Shown here: positions 49,580 through 61,591 of the stretch, in pieces
Numbering within the stretch: position 1 is the first letter of the stretch
Layout: each line of letters begins with the position of its first letter
Assembly (NCBI GenBank): GCA_010356995.1
Contig: ML996703.1
Location: 248,001 to 312,000, forward strand
Direction of reading: 5' to 3'
Source of the DNA: Trichodelitschia bisporula
Lineage: Eukaryota
DNA length: 64,000 bases
Notes under the pieces: model-generated
What the model saw: the letters and a program-made list of their open reading frames with translations, nothing else
The model's database searches: none
What the model was told of the DNA's origin: nothing
Made by a program: the position numbers and the translations under genes

Positions 49580-50395
49580 ATGTCCACCGCCTCGGACTCA
49601 GAACCCCCCGCCGACGCCGGAATATCCCAAGACAAAGGCCTCGCCTACTGGAGCAGTATATCGCCCGACGACGCCGGCGTCCTAGGCGGATACCCACACG
49701 TCAGCCGTGCGGACCTGCGCGGCAGTGCGACGTTTTATGCGAAGTTGCGGCGCAAATTCCCCACGCCTGGCAACACCTCAACACCGACGCGGAGTACACG
49801 GTCTGGGGCCGCAGCGGCGGACGGGGCGAAGGAAGATGGGGGGGGCAAAGAGGAGGGAGATGGGAAGGTCGCGCGCGCAGTGGATTGCGGCGCGGGGATC
49901 GGGCGCGTGACGAAGGGGTTCTTGGTGAACGTTGCCCGCGTGGTGGATATTGTGGAGCCGGTGAAGGCTTTGACGGATGTGATCACGACGGGGGACGAGT
50001 GGGCTTCCCTCCGCTCCTCCGGCTCCGTAGGCGACATCTTTAACGCCGGGCTCGAGGCCTGGTCTCCGCCCCCGGGACGCACGTACGAGCTCGTGTGGAT
50101 ACAGTGGTGTCTGGGGCAATTGACGGACACGCAGGTTGTGGGTTATTTGGAGCGGGTGAAGGGTTTCACGGTGGAGGGGGGCTGGGTGGTGGTGAAGGAG
50201 AATCTGAGTACGGATGAACAGGGCAGGGATGTGTTTGATGAGGTGGATAGTAGTGTTACGAGGACGGATGCGAAGTGGAGGAGTTTGTTTGAGAGGGCGG
50301 AGTATAGGGTGTGCATGGCGGAGGTGCAGAGGGGTTTGCCGAGGGAGCTGTATCCGGTTAAGGCGTATGCGCTTAGGCCGGTGGGGTGGGCGTAG
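49580..50395 (+). CDS. TAE1: Alpha-N-terminal protein methyltransferase (Tae1/NTMT1)
   Basis: GVLGGY, AVDCGAGIGRVT, VWIQWCLGQLTD, VKENL, FDEVDSSVTR, LPRELYPVKAYALRP. Confidence 0.93.
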   Translation: MSTASDSEPPADAGISQDKGLAYWSSISPDDAGVLGGYPHVSRADLRGSATFYAKLRRKFPTPGNTSTPTRSTRSGAAAADGAKEDGGGKEEGDGKVARAVDCGAGIGRVTKGFLVNVARVVDIVEPVKALTDVITTGDEWASLRSSGSVGDIFNAGLEAWSPPPGRTYELVWIQWCLGQLTDTQVVGYLERVKGFTVEGGWVVVKENLSTDEQGRDVFDEVDSSVTRTDAKWRSLFERAEYRVCMAEVQRGLPRELYPVKAYALRPVGWA

Positions 50396-50514
50396 ATTCA
50401 CTATTGATACCCGAATGGATGGATGAACTGTCTCGCGACATTCATATGCAAACGCTACAATATACAGATGGCCACCAGCGCCCTTTTCCTTTTCCTTTTC
50501 CTTTCCCATAACCA

Positions 50515-51309
50515 TCACTCCTCCCCACCACCACACCAACACCCCCTCATCCACCCCCATCTCCTCCGTCCCCCCTTCCTCCTCCCCCTCAAATACCCCA
50601 CCAGCCCCCCCCTCTCATCATCATCCTCAAAACAACTCACAGGCCCCTCCTTACACGCCCCATAATCCACTTTCCCCACGCCCTCACATGCTCCATACCC
50701 CCCCTTGGGGCCTCCAACCGTCGTCACACTGGAATTGAACGACCCAGAGCCGGGACACGCAATCGTCGTCGTCGACCCCCCAAACGACTCGCTGGCCGGA
50801 CTCGGCGGCGGTGGCGGCGCGATCCGTGTTGGTGATGTGGGGAAGAGGCTGAGGGCTGGTGTGCGGGCGGTGGGAGCAATAGCGACCAGAGGCGCGGGGG
50901 CGAGGAGGGGCGTGCGAGACGTAGGCGAGGTCCCCGTAGGCGAGACAGAGGCTGTAGGCGATACTGAAGCCGTGGGCGAGACTGCCGTTGGCAAGGCTGA
51001 GGGTGAGAGTGGCGACTGGCACCGCGCTGTTGCCAGCGGATGCAGCGGGCGCGGGGGTCGGCCGGGCGTGGTGCGTGGTCTTGATGAGGTGCGTGGGGGG
51101 TGAGGGGTGGGGTTGGTGGTGTGCAGTGCGTCGGCGGATATGAGCGCTAGCAGGGCGATGCTGCTCCCCAGGCTAGCGGGGAGGGTGTTGTGTTGCCGGG
51201 CTGGTGCGCGAGGTGGTCCGGGAGGAGAAAGCGGTACAGGTGGTGGAGGGAGAGGCGTGGTACTTCTGCGCGGCTGATTGCTGAGGGCTGTGAGCTTCGC
51301 TGAGGCCAT
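50515..51309 (-). CDS. Hypothetical Pro/Ser/Thr-rich low-complexity protein
   Basis: 264-codon ATG ORF with (ASVSPT)n repeats; no recognisable domain; 3' end uncertain. Confidence 0.3.
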   Translation of the reverse strand: MASAKLTALSNQPRRSTTPLPPPPVPLSPPGPPRAPARQHNTLPASLGSSIALLALISADALHTTNPTPHPPRTSSRPRTTPGRPPRPLHPLATARCQSPLSPSALPTAVSPTASVSPTASVSPTGTSPTSRTPLLAPAPLVAIAPTARTPALSLFPTSPTRIAPPPPPSPASESFGGSTTTIACPGSGSFNSSVTTVGGPKGGYGACEGVGKVDYGACKEGPVSCFEDDDERGGLVGYLRGRRKGGRRRWGWMRGCWCGGGEE

Positions 51310-51964
51310 GATTCGGTCGTATAAGGTTATGGTTGGGGAATGGAGGTAGGAGGGGATCTTAACCTCGCCCCCCCTCGCAATCGATACCGCTTTATGCCCC
51401 TCCTCACGGGGAAGCAGCTGGCAAGGGGGCGCGAGCGGCTGTCAACAATGGCCACCGCTGTCGGGCGGCTGCGCGCCAATGGCTGCGCTCGGCTGGCGCG
51501 CCGGATGTTGTGGGGCGGGCCCTGGCGTCTGGGGGTGGTATGTGCGATGGGAGGAATGTAAGGGCGTATGCGCGATCGGGGATTTTTGTGGGGAAGGGGG
51601 GGGGGTGTGGGTGCACAGTGGGGGGTGCTGTGGTACGGAGGGTGGATCTGGGGATGGGGAGGATGGATTGAGAGGCTGATTTGGGCGGATGAGGGATGCG
51701 GTGGGGGAGGGTTGTTGGGGGATTGGGGAGGAGGGCTGGTGGCTTGGTCCTTCGTTCGAGATTCCATGGTTTGGAAGGTTTTCACTGTGGTGGCGGAAGC
51801 GATGAGCGTGGTCCGAATTGGGCGATTGCTCGTTCCCATATGTACAGATATATGGCGCGAGTCTGGCACCCCGTTACAGCCCATGGACTTGCTCGGTCAA
51901 GACCGAGTAAAAGGAAAGGCTATTCTGAAGCAGCGCAAGGCAAAACAGGAGGGCACAAAAGAGC

Positions 51965-53104
51965 CTATTGCTTGCCGCTTTCCGCATTCGCCATGAGCTT
52001 CTCGTGCATCTCGGCAATCGAAGGGATAATCAACGACTCGATTTCGACCGCCGGCTCGCCCACAAACCGGTGGGTCGCCGAGTCAAGCTCGTCAATTTCC
52101 CCGCTCGCCTGGCCGATGAGCGACTCAATGCCGGACACGCTTTTCGTGCGCTTCCCGCGTGGCACCCGGACCCACTTGACGCCGTCCGGGGACACGAAAA
52201 CGACTTCCCACTTGCGCGTCGTGAGCAGGTTGCCAATGACCAGGTGGTGCGCATATCGTCCCAATGCATACTTCGCCTTGTTGACCAGCATCGACGGGTC
52301 GGTTTCGAGCTTGAAGCTGACGATCATGGCCTGCGGCGCCCAGCCGTCTACCAGTTGCTTCAAGAACTTGGGGACGGGCTCGAGGTCGATGACCAGACTC
52401 CGGCCTTCGACGCGCGCTGCCGGCCGGTGCGCGTGCGGGATCTGGTCGTATCTGAGGCCTTGGTTGAATTCCTCAGCGGACTGGATCTTGTGCTCGACCA
52501 TGCGGTGCCGCGGCACGAAGAAGTCGGACACGGCGGCAGCGAGGTAGAACAGCGCGCGCGGACCCAGCGGCTGCATTACCTTGGCCACCTCGCGCAGCTC
52601 CCAGAGGTAATCGGTGATGCTGACGAAGGTCAAAATGAGCAATGTATTCTGCTTCTTCGCCTCGGTGTACTGGCGCAGCACGGCCTGCATCTCATTCTGA
52701 TGCTCCTGGTCCACAACAACACGACCACTCTCGTCCTCGCGCATGAAGTCGAGAAACGAACGCGTGTTGTGCGAGTAGTGGCGCGAATACGGCAGGAGCG
52801 AGAACTGGCGGTGGAGGAAGATGACGGCGTAGCCGGCCTCGAGGAAGTACTCGGCCGACGTCGCTCCGCGCGTGCCGGCCGAGAAGTTGTCGATGTAACG
52901 TACGGTTTGGTTTTCCAGGGGGACCGTGGTTCCGCCGGATGTCACCAGCGCTACTTTCCGCCCTTCTACGGCGTGGCGGGCGACGAACGCACGGGCGAGG
53001 GACAGGTGTTGCTGCAGAGCGGCGGGCTGGGGGTTGGTTGCGAAGTAGTCATCCTCTGCGGCCGCCTGGCTGGGGAGAGGCTCAACGAGGGGTTGTGTGG
53101 TCAT
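51965..53104 (-). CDS. CAB2: Phosphopantothenate--cysteine ligase (CoA biosynthesis)
   Basis: LVTSGGTTVPLENQTVRYIDNFSAGTRGATSAEYF, YLAAAVSDFF, IVSFKLETD, VIGNLL. Confidence 0.95.
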   Translation of the reverse strand: MTTQPLVEPLPSQAAAEDDYFATNPQPAALQQHLSLARAFVARHAVEGRKVALVTSGGTTVPLENQTVRYIDNFSAGTRGATSAEYFLEAGYAVIFLHRQFSLLPYSRHYSHNTRSFLDFMREDESGRVVVDQEHQNEMQAVLRQYTEAKKQNTLLILTFVSITDYLWELREVAKVMQPLGPRALFYLAAAVSDFFVPRHRMVEHKIQSAEEFNQGLRYDQIPHAHRPAARVEGRSLVIDLEPVPKFLKQLVDGWAPQAMIVSFKLETDPSMLVNKAKYALGRYAHHLVIGNLLTTRKWEVVFVSPDGVKWVRVPRGKRTKSVSGIESLIGQASGEIDELDSATHRFVGEPAVEIESLIIPSIAEMHEKLMANAESGKQ

Positions 53105-54564
53105 GATGGGAGGTTGTGAGAATGTGATATGGTGATGGGTGGTCGCCGGTTTTGATGCAGTCCTCGCCTTCTGAAGTCGGCAAGACGATTCAACTACAAT
53201 ACAACGAAGATTGGATTCACAGGGCGAAGTTGGCGGGTCTTTCAGCAGACTTTGAAGATGAATTTAGGATACATAAACCAAACATCACACCATGTAGATG
53301 GGGGTGGTTAGGTGGAAGATGGCTATTCCACGCCGAGCGCCTGAGGTCACCCTCGCACGCCTCGGCCTGCGGAGAGATGGTCGGGTCGAAGGGAGGGTGG
53401 CGCCACCGTGGCGATGCTTCCCCGGGTGGCGCAGGAGAATGTCGGGTGACGGAAGATTATCAAGACCGGAGCTGCGAGATCGCCCGTTCTGATCGTGCAG
53501 TCGATCTTGCAGTCGATCACGCAGTTCTCCCCGCTGCGATCAGCTGAGTTCACCGCCATGACCGCTCATCAACATGAATGATTATGATCCTACCATCCCT
53601 AGGGGACGCCCATCTTTGAGAATGACTACCCGTGTCGCAAGGAGCATCTGCTTTCTTCGTCCGTTGTTAGGATGGCGACGTCATCTTGCCTATCAGATAC
53701 CCCTTGCTTACGACATTCGAAGGATTCCCAGCTGAACTCCTATGTCTGTTTTCATGAGCTAACAGTATTGTACAGCAGACACTTCATGTTCCCCGCTTGC
53801 AACACCGTTGCTCAAAGAAGGATAACGCCTCACGAGGGCAAGTTTCTTCGCTTGCCTCCATCTGTGCCATTTCTCCACCAAACGCTTGGGGATCGACGAA
53901 TTTATTCGACTCATTGGTCCGGCGACCTATCATCGGGAGCTGTTCGGAACTCGACGCTCGGTGTCCATCGGAAGCATTAATCATTTCCTGACCCCACGAT
54001 TTGCAGGGGCCCGAATCATCGGCAGTCGTCGGACAATCATCCAAGCTCCAGTACGGACAGACCGGGATCTTCAAGCTCATGGGAACTTGCAAGCCTACGT
54101 GGAAAAACACCTCTCATGTGCCTAGAGTCCTTTGATCTCAGCTTTTGTCAATAATTCCGTCATCCTGCTCCCAATGCCCGCTTTGGAATGCACGCACCCT
54201 GGCCCGGAAGAGGCTCAAGCACTCTACGAGGGCATCGCAAATCATTGTGGGGTAATCCCTGTGCGCGATGCTTCCCGTCTAGGGCTTAGCCTCAACGTCC
54301 GTCAGCCATGATTCCGTGAGGATTCTGTCAAACGCGCCATCGGACGTTTTTATCTTCGCGCGGAACACTCGGTTTCAGCACCTGTCGGCCGGTCAAGCAT
54401 GTGGATTTTGTGTCAACTATTGGTGCGACCCAGGTGCCAGCTGCACCTTTCAACCTCACACACGTTTGAAGCAAGCTAACCCCTTGCGAGGCTGACACCA
54501 CTGGACTTGTCTCTATTAAATTCTTGGGAATATGTGCAATAGGTAAAACGACATCTTTCGACCC

Positions 54565-55314
54565 TCAACTCTTAATCTTCGACAGCAGGAAGTTCGTAGC
54601 CTGAGTTCCGGATCCATCCATAAGGTAGGCGAAATGGCCCGCCGTAACCAGCAACATCCCACCGCAGACACCATCGGAGGCTGCGCAAAACACCTTGACC
54701 TTGTCCTTGGGGTAGTTGGGAATGCCGCTCTTCTGCTGCGCGTTCTTGGTGTAGCCGAAAAGGACAACGCCAGCGACCTTGCTCCTCACCGTCTCGTCGA
54801 GCTTGCTGATGGCATTCATCATCACCGCCGTCCCTTGGCTGTCCTGCTGTTAGCCCGGCCGTAAATCTTAGCTGGGACGCGTACCTGTATCCACCAGCCA
54901 CGATGGTGCTCTGTGGGCACTTGGTGTGCGCCATTTGGAACATCCGGATCGCCTCATTGATAGCCCCCGCCGTGGTACCAGCCGGCGCCACATTGTCCAT
55001 CAAACCAGCCGAGTACGGCCCGCCGACTCCCTGGCACGCAACGCTTCCAGCTCCCAACTTCGCCTTGAGCCCCGAGCACACCGCTGGCCCCATACTCATG
55101 CCCTGAAAAGCATCAGCAACGACCCTCTCAGTCTCTGGTGTTCGGGACGCACCATGTTGCCAGGCTCAGTAGAAGCCCGCGCAAAGATCAAAGTAACCTT
55201 CTTGCACGACCCGCTCGTCAGATCATTCGCCGTCATCTGCCGGCGCTCCAGCTCCGTCGGCGCCGCAAGCGCGCACGAAATGAGCGTCGAAACGGCGAGG
55301 CTGAGGAACTTCAT
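54565..55314 (-). CDS. Secreted cutinase (CE5); 2 introns
   Basis: Signal peptide, IFARASTEPGNM, GY|SQG nucleophile elbow across an intron, VLFGYTKN, C-x3-D-x2-C, catalytic His in GHFAY. Confidence 0.93.
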
Positions 55315-57820
55315 CGTGCTTTTGGTGGGGAGAAGTAGATGCTGACAGTCGTCCAGAAGCGGAGAGAGACCGATCCCGAAGGTCAAATGAATGCCCGAGC
55401 CGCGAAATCAAAGGAGCGTGTTTGCCGGGCGAAAGCTGAAGCGATTGTCGTTGCGTCAGTCGCCTTTTTACATGGGCACACCTGTGGTATTAAGTATTGC
55501 CCTCTACAAACACGAGCACATGCTTCAGCACCTGCGACGCCGGTTCGCAGCCTACATTCTCGAGATTTTTGCCCGATGCGGCGAAGCGTGCCAAGCGCAG
55601 TCTCTTGTGTGAAGACCGTGTAGGCACGCTCGGTGTTTCCGTGTTATCCGTGAGTGGCAGAGGGCTTTCTGAATCACACCTCTGCACTATTCTTTCCATG
55701 GTTTTGCCAACCGAAGCATATCGACACTAAGATACGTGGGAGTGCGATCGGGCATAAGGCTACTGTATCGACGGAGAAAAGCGCGCATTAGGCGCACCTG
55801 CCCGTTGTTGAATGGCGGCGGGTGGCTCACGAGTGTGTGATAGATTGGCGGGGCGAAGCTTGTTTTGCTGCTGTTCTGCATATCCCGCAAGCCTCCACAC
55901 ACCCAGAAACGTGTAGATGCCTTGGCCCGGGGTTGGGCCCGGCTGATCGATTGAGATGAAATGTATCGGCTAATTCCCATGTGGCCATTGCTATTCCACA
56001 GGTCACACGCTCTCATTTGTAGCATGTGCACCGTAGCCCAGTTTCGCATCCCCCGCTTAGCAAGGCCCCGATCACATTCACGTCGGGGGCGGCCGAGCAA
56101 GTCTTTTCCATGACACGTTTTCCTCCACAGATCTCGAGTATCGTGTGGAAACGCGGGCCGGGCGGCCAATCAACATCCTACCCGTAAACGAAGCTACGTT
56201 GCCAAGGCTCAGTCACGGGCAGCGGCCGCGCTATAATGCTGCCAACCGACTAGTTGTCTCGGAAAGCCTGCCGATGGGTACTTCGGCCGTAGTGGCGGCC
56301 AAGGCTGTACGGAAGTGAGCGGTGCCTGGCAGACGTCACTTGAATCTCCCGCAACAATTCCTATTTCCAAGGTTAGTCACGAGAAGAGAACAATACCTAC
56401 CCCACACTCTCACCGGCTCGACTTCCCCTTCCATCCCATCAAGCCGTCACCCTAATTCCCCGGCAAACCGCGCAGTCACGCTCGCCCAGAGCTTGACCCC
56501 GAACCCTATCGCCGATCCCGCGCACCGGAGCATTAACGCCTATACGTGCCAAATATAACGGCCCTCAGCGGGATGCCATGCCCTTCTCACGTGCCCCGCT
56601 CCCCCAGAGGTACACCAAACGGCTAGTTATATATGTGAAACATTATCTGGAAACACATATTGCCCCACGCCGCTGCGCTACGTGCTTCCTGGTTGTTTAT
56701 CCCCCGCTTCGCTTGGGTAGTGCCCTAGTTCTGGGCTGAGAGGGAGGTGAGGGTTAGCGGGCGTAGCGCTGGAAGAGGGGGGAAGGAGGGCGCGTGGACG
56801 CCGGCCGCTAGGGGATTGGGGGGGGAGGGGGGGGGGAAGGGTGTGGGACGGGGTGGCCAGCCGCCGAGATGTATATGTATACTACGTTGTAGCGGTTTCT
56901 TCCCGTTCGGATCGCGCTTGAAGGTGGAGCTAAGTGCTAGACTGAGTGCTAGACTGAGTGCTGGACTGCTGATATCCCGCCTTCCCCTCGCCACAGCTCC
57001 CACGATAGACCTCTTACAGCCACAATACCTCCCAGACAGCTCAGGCGTAGTGAACTCGGTTGAAGATGAAGTAGCCGAGTGGCAAAGGGCGGCGGTGGGA
57101 CGATGCGGCGCGGAGATGTATGATCAGCACGGGAAGAGCGCAGAGCTCACTTTATGTCTGGGAGAGAGGCGCGGCGGGCGGCTTGTGCGGCTGAGAGTGC
57201 GGACTGGCGTTCGGGGTTTAAGCGGGTATGGGTATCTTATGGTTTATAGAGCCTTGGTGGAGGGCGGGCTGGGGCGAGGCTGAAGTCGGGTGTGCGGAAG
57301 GTGAAGGTTGGTATGTGGCTGGGGTGCGTGGTGTGTTTCGATGTCCGTTGAGCTGAGTCTGAGTGAGGTTAGGACTTGGTTTCGGGGCATTGACGGGTGC
57401 GTTCGGCGGTTGTGTATTTGTGGTTATCGAGTTCTTCATGAGGCACTGAGCCTGTGCGACGGTGGTCAGTCTTTCTCTCATGGCACGCGCAAAACAGTTT
57501 CACACACCCCACAGACTCAAGTGATAAGCCCCTTGAGCCAAAAGGAAAGCTTCGTAAGAGCAAACAACGAATCGACAGCCTTCCCGAACGGGCCGAATGA
57601 AGCTCCCCCGGGCCGTCCAGGTGGAGAGCGAAAATCATGTCAGAAGTCACTGAGGCCCCGAGTGTCACTCGAGAAAGTTATGACTGCCCTTTCTGGGTGC
57701 CGGTGCGGGTCGAGGTGGTCATGACCTTTTCAGGTGGTCTTGATAGGAGCAAAGGCTCTAATTCGTGCAAAGGCAGCTATGCAAACTGAAGATTGAAGTA
57801 AAGAGGGAGAGAGGAAGAGA

Positions 57821-57946
57821 GGAAGAGACTCTCAAGAATAAATATACAGTAATGCCAAGTATCCTCCTATGCTCCTTCCTTCTATTATGCGCACGTTACA
57901 TCATACCTTTTCCTTAGACAAGAACGCTCCTTCCATGGCTACATCA
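57821..57946. repeat. Dispersed repeat, copy 2
   Basis: Same orientation and same 29-nt core as 33231-33350. Confidence 0.85.
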
Positions 57947-58466
57947 AGTTCTGCGATTACCACTTGTACCCTGATCGAATTCCACGTTTTGGACATCAAC
58001 TGGTGGAGTTACACATTGAAGGGATACCTTACGCACACCGTTGACTAGGGGACGATCCGAGTACACAAAGATATTGACTACGGCGGGAGGCGAACAGTAC
58101 TTGGCTGCAATACTGGGCGGACAGACCCGGTGAGATGGGGAGCTTCGCATGGATAAATGGAATGCTTTCTTTTGGATAATACAGTCCAGTGCAAAGAGAC
58201 AGATAAGCTTCGCACTTACACAGAACCCTGTATAAAATAATGATACATGGTGCTAACTGCCGACCTCACGGTTCCCAACCAGAACCCAACCACATTTGCC
58301 TCCAGGAGGAAATCTCACGCAATCTCAAGCCGGCACAACCCCGACCTCAGCCACGCTGACTTCCCTTCCCAGAATCATCTCCAGCCCTTTATGCGACGTG
58401 AATCTGCACACAATCAGCGCCGTCTCATCAAGCCAATCGAGCTACACACCTTAGGGGCTTTGGGGC

Positions 58467-59258
58467 CTACAGCGCCTCCACGGCAGCCTCCGAGCGCGGG
58501 ATGTGGATCTTCGGGACGTTGACCTTGGGGATGTTGACCTTGGGGATCTCGATCTTGGGCGGCTTGGGGAGGTTGACCTTCGGGATCTCGATCTTAGGCG
58601 GCTTCGGGATATTGACCTTGGGGAGCTGCGGCGGCTTGGGCGCCAGTAGATCCTCGACGGCGGCTTCCGAGCGCGGTATATGGATCTTCGGGGGCTTGGG
58701 GAGGTTGACCTTCGGGATGTTGATCTTCGGGATCTCGATCTTAGGCGGCTTGGGGATGTTGACCTTCGGGATCTCGATCTTCGGCGGCTTGGGCGCCAGC
58801 AGGTCCTCGACGGCGGCCTCGGAGCGCGGGATGTGGATCTTCGGGGGCTTGGGGAGGTTGACCTTTGGGATGTTGATCTTGGGGATCTCGATCTTAGGCG
58901 GCTTGGGGATGTTGACCTTTGGGATCTCGATCTTAGGCGGCTTGGGCGCTAGCAGGTCCTCGGCCACGGCTTCGGAGCGCGGGATGTGGATCTTCGGGAT
59001 GTTGATGTTGGGGATGTTGATGTTGGGGATGTTGGGCTTCGGGATGTTCACGTTGGGGAGGTTGATCTTCGGGATCTCGATCTTCGGCGGCTTCGGGAGG
59101 CTCGGGATGTTGACCTTGGGGATTTCGACCTTCGGCGGCTTGGGGAAGTCGACCGGGAAGGCGGCGACAAGGGCGCTGTGGGGTATGTGTTAGACTATGT
59201 GGGAGAAGGGAGAGGTAGAAGCTTACCTAGCGCCGAGGACGGAAAGAACGACCTTCAT
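58467..59258 (-). CDS. Secreted tandem-repeat protein (~246 aa), candidate peptide precursor; intron 59176-59226
   Basis: Signal peptide MKVVLSVLGASALVAA across a canonical GTAAGC..CTAAC..CAG intron; ~51-aa modules of PK-[IV]-[NEH]-[IL] pentads ending IHIPR, each followed by an SEA-initiated acidic spacer. Confidence 0.85.
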
Positions 59259-59930
59259 TTTTGAAGTGCTGTTGGCTCAAAGGAGTGTTGTCTGGTTGTC
59301 GTGGAAGCTGGATCGAGATATGATGCAAGAAGGGGCCACTTTATACCTTTCCAAACTTCAAACCACACCACCATAAGCGTTGGGGAAGCGAGAATTACCC
59401 ACGGGAAGCGAGATGCGAGCCATGCCACCCCACAACATGTCCCAGGGTCCATCGTGATATTTCCTCCAATGGATCACTCTGTTAACCCCTTGAGCGGCAA
59501 CCAAACCTAGAAATTAGTCCACGGTGTTAAACGGGCCGTTCCCATCGAGCTCTCCGCAATATGTTTCTCAACGTTCGAGACTAGAAGAATAGATGGGCCA
59601 GTTCGTTACGCGGGGAACGGGCCGCGTGGGAGCCCGGCATTTGCAGGGATGAGGCACTGGCGCGAGAGCTTGTGCTGATGTCGTTGGCACATGGGGAGAG
59701 GGGAACATGCGGAGAAGGGCTCGACAGATTGGCCCGTGGGAAAGGCAAGTCAGTTGACAGAAGGCTTGCGCAAATCTCCAGCCTTATTGCATGCGAGGCA
59801 CAGGCCCGGCGGAGATCGAGAGTGAGGCTAGGCGCAGCTGTGATTGGCGGCTTTTTTAAGAAGGTTAAACGTGCTTCCAGGTTCTATGGTGCGAAGCCTT
59901 GTCAAGCTTTGCGCCGTGTTGGACGGTTCG

Positions 59931-60737
59931 TTAATGTAGAGGCGGGGTAGTGCTCATCCCTCCGGAATTCTGGTTGAGATGTGGGCGTACTTGGGCGAGT
60001 GAGGGGTCGAGGCCCGCAGGCTCGGTTCGAGACCGCCGGTGGAGAGGCCGAATCGGGTTATTAGAACTAGCTCTCGAATTTTCCGATACGGTTGCGATCT
60101 CCATCTTAGTCTTGCCTCTGGTAGTGTGGGTAGAATTCTCTCCGTCGCTCTTCCGTTCCCAAGTCGAAATCGCAGCTCGAGTCACGTCGTTCGGGTTAAC
60201 GATCTTGTTAACAAGGCGATGAGGCTCGAGCACTTGAAACGTGCCCAAGCGAGGACCTTCATTGGAATTTTCCATGACGCGAAAAGACACAGGGAACACG
60301 CCTTGATGTTCAAAGAGCAAGTTGTTGAATCCAAAACGAGGAAAGTCTCGTCTCCCACGGGTGGAAAATATACGCTGCTCGGATGATGTGATTGCCCCTC
60401 CCAGATTTATGGTTTGCTGGCTCGCAATATCAACACGTGCGGCGCAAAAGTGATGGGGTCCAGACTCGTGGTGTGACAGCCTGGAATATAGTAGGGTCAT
60501 GGCACTGCCCACTATACACTCTACGTTTGAGGAGCAGGAACCTGCTCCTTCAAGCCTTGTCATATAGTGTAGTATAGGTCGGGATCCATTCGGAATGCGG
60601 AGATGCACCCAAGCGATGAACCGAATAGAGGAGCCCATCCGAAAATAACCTGCACTCGCCCTGTTGTCTTCCAGATTGGTTGCGACATCAAGACCGGGAC
60701 CTGTATTGGGCGTCGGACATTGGAACTGCTCGTTCAT
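59931..60737 (-). CDS. Hypothetical protein, possibly a divergent velvet-like domain
   Basis: 268-codon ATG ORF; FGFNNLLFEHQGVFPVSFRV loosely resembles the velvet F-x-F-x-D-L-S-V-R-x-E-G-x-Y-R-L-x-F motif. Confidence 0.35.
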   Translation of the reverse strand: MNEQFQCPTPNTGPGLDVATNLEDNRASAGYFRMGSSIRFIAWVHLRIPNGSRPILHYMTRLEGAGSCSSNVECIVGSAMTLLYSRLSHHESGPHHFCAARVDIASQQTINLGGAITSSEQRIFSTRGRRDFPRFGFNNLLFEHQGVFPVSFRVMENSNEGPRLGTFQVLEPHRLVNKIVNPNDVTRAAISTWERKSDGENSTHTTRGKTKMEIATVSENSRASSNNPIRPLHRRSRTEPAGLDPSLAQVRPHLNQNSGGMSTTPPLH

Positions 60738-61060
60738 CTGGTAATTTCCGGCCTTGTTTAGACGATTTACAAGGGCGACGAGGCGAGTTGAGGCGGTTCC
60801 ACGGATCGGAGTTGTCCTTGCGAGATCTCATCACATGCTCCAGGGAAGTCATGACGTCTCACCAAACCGCTGCAGCAAAGGACTTGAATTGAAAACCTAT
60901 GAATGAAATTAGCAGTTAACTCGGGTATCGTCCCCCGCCTCAACCACGGCCATCGACCAGCAGAGGGGTTCTGGCATCCATGCCCAGCTCCCATATCCCA
61001 AGGCCGTAAAACGCCGCCATATGCCCGGATCTTGTTGATTAGTCGCTGCTACACCCGTCT

Positions 61061-61591
61061 TCACAGGTCCAGCAGATCATCATCATCATCGTCCCAGGTG
61101 GGCTTTCGCCTCGTAACCGTAATCTTTTGCTCCGGCGCCTCGTTCTCAGCCACAGCGCCGAGAAGCTGCTTCAACTGCTCCTCCGTGACTTTCTGGCGGA
61201 TCTGGCCCGAGCGAGCGAGCGAAATGAGGCGGTTCTCAACATCAGTCGCGCGCGAAGCCTTGACAAGACGGATGCGGTCCAGGCGGTCAGCGGCCGCGGG
61301 ATCGAGGATCTGCGAGAGGATGGAGGCGCGAGCTTCGGCTTCACGTTCGGACCTAACTCCTGTCAACGACAGCGACAGGAAAGAGTGATTACAAGGCTTA
61401 CTTTTGCTGATCCTGGCCGTCACCGCCTGCCCCACCACCTTGCTGCTGGAGCTGCGCGAGACGTGCACGCCGAATCTGGATGCCGCGTTAGCAGACGTGG
61501 TGACTGAGGGATGCATAGGGGTGCTTTTGAGTGGTGCACGAGAAGAAGAAAAAGCTCCGAAGCATACCTCTTCCAAATCTGCGTCGGCCAT
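61061..61591 (-). CDS. SDD2: PDCD5/Sdd2 dsDNA-binding family protein; 2 introns
   Basis: MADADLEE|IRRARLAQLQQQ...ILSQILDPAAADRLDRIRLVKASRATDVENRLISLARSGQIRQKVTEEQL. Confidence 0.92.
   Translation of the reverse strand: MADADLEEVCFGAFSSSRAPLKSTPMHPSVTTSANAASRFGVHVSRSSSSKVVGQAVTARISKSKPCNHSFLSLSLTGVRSEREAEARASILSQILDPAAADRLDRIRLVKASRATDVENRLISLARSGQIRQKVTEEQLKQLLGAVAENEAPEQKITVTRRKPTWDDDDDDLLDL

Noticed and set aside
51968..53119. 383-aa plus-strand ORF fully antisense to CAB2
   Set aside because: Codon-register shadow of a GC3-rich gene; no recognisable motifs
15760..55314. CYP52-like P450 plus cutinase as a cutin-degradation cluster
   Set aside because: About 37 kb apart and separated by housekeeping genes
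56929..56967. Three-copy 12-mer tandem (also an 8-mer at ~34587-34610 and a 12-mer at ~29663-29703)
   Set aside because: Short slippage repeats without spacers or associated genes; not CRISPR-like
58501..59193. Plus-strand Gly/Leu/Ile repeat ORFs (GISILGG / DLRDVD)
   Set aside because: Antisense of the secreted repeat gene; the signal peptide and intron fix the minus strand
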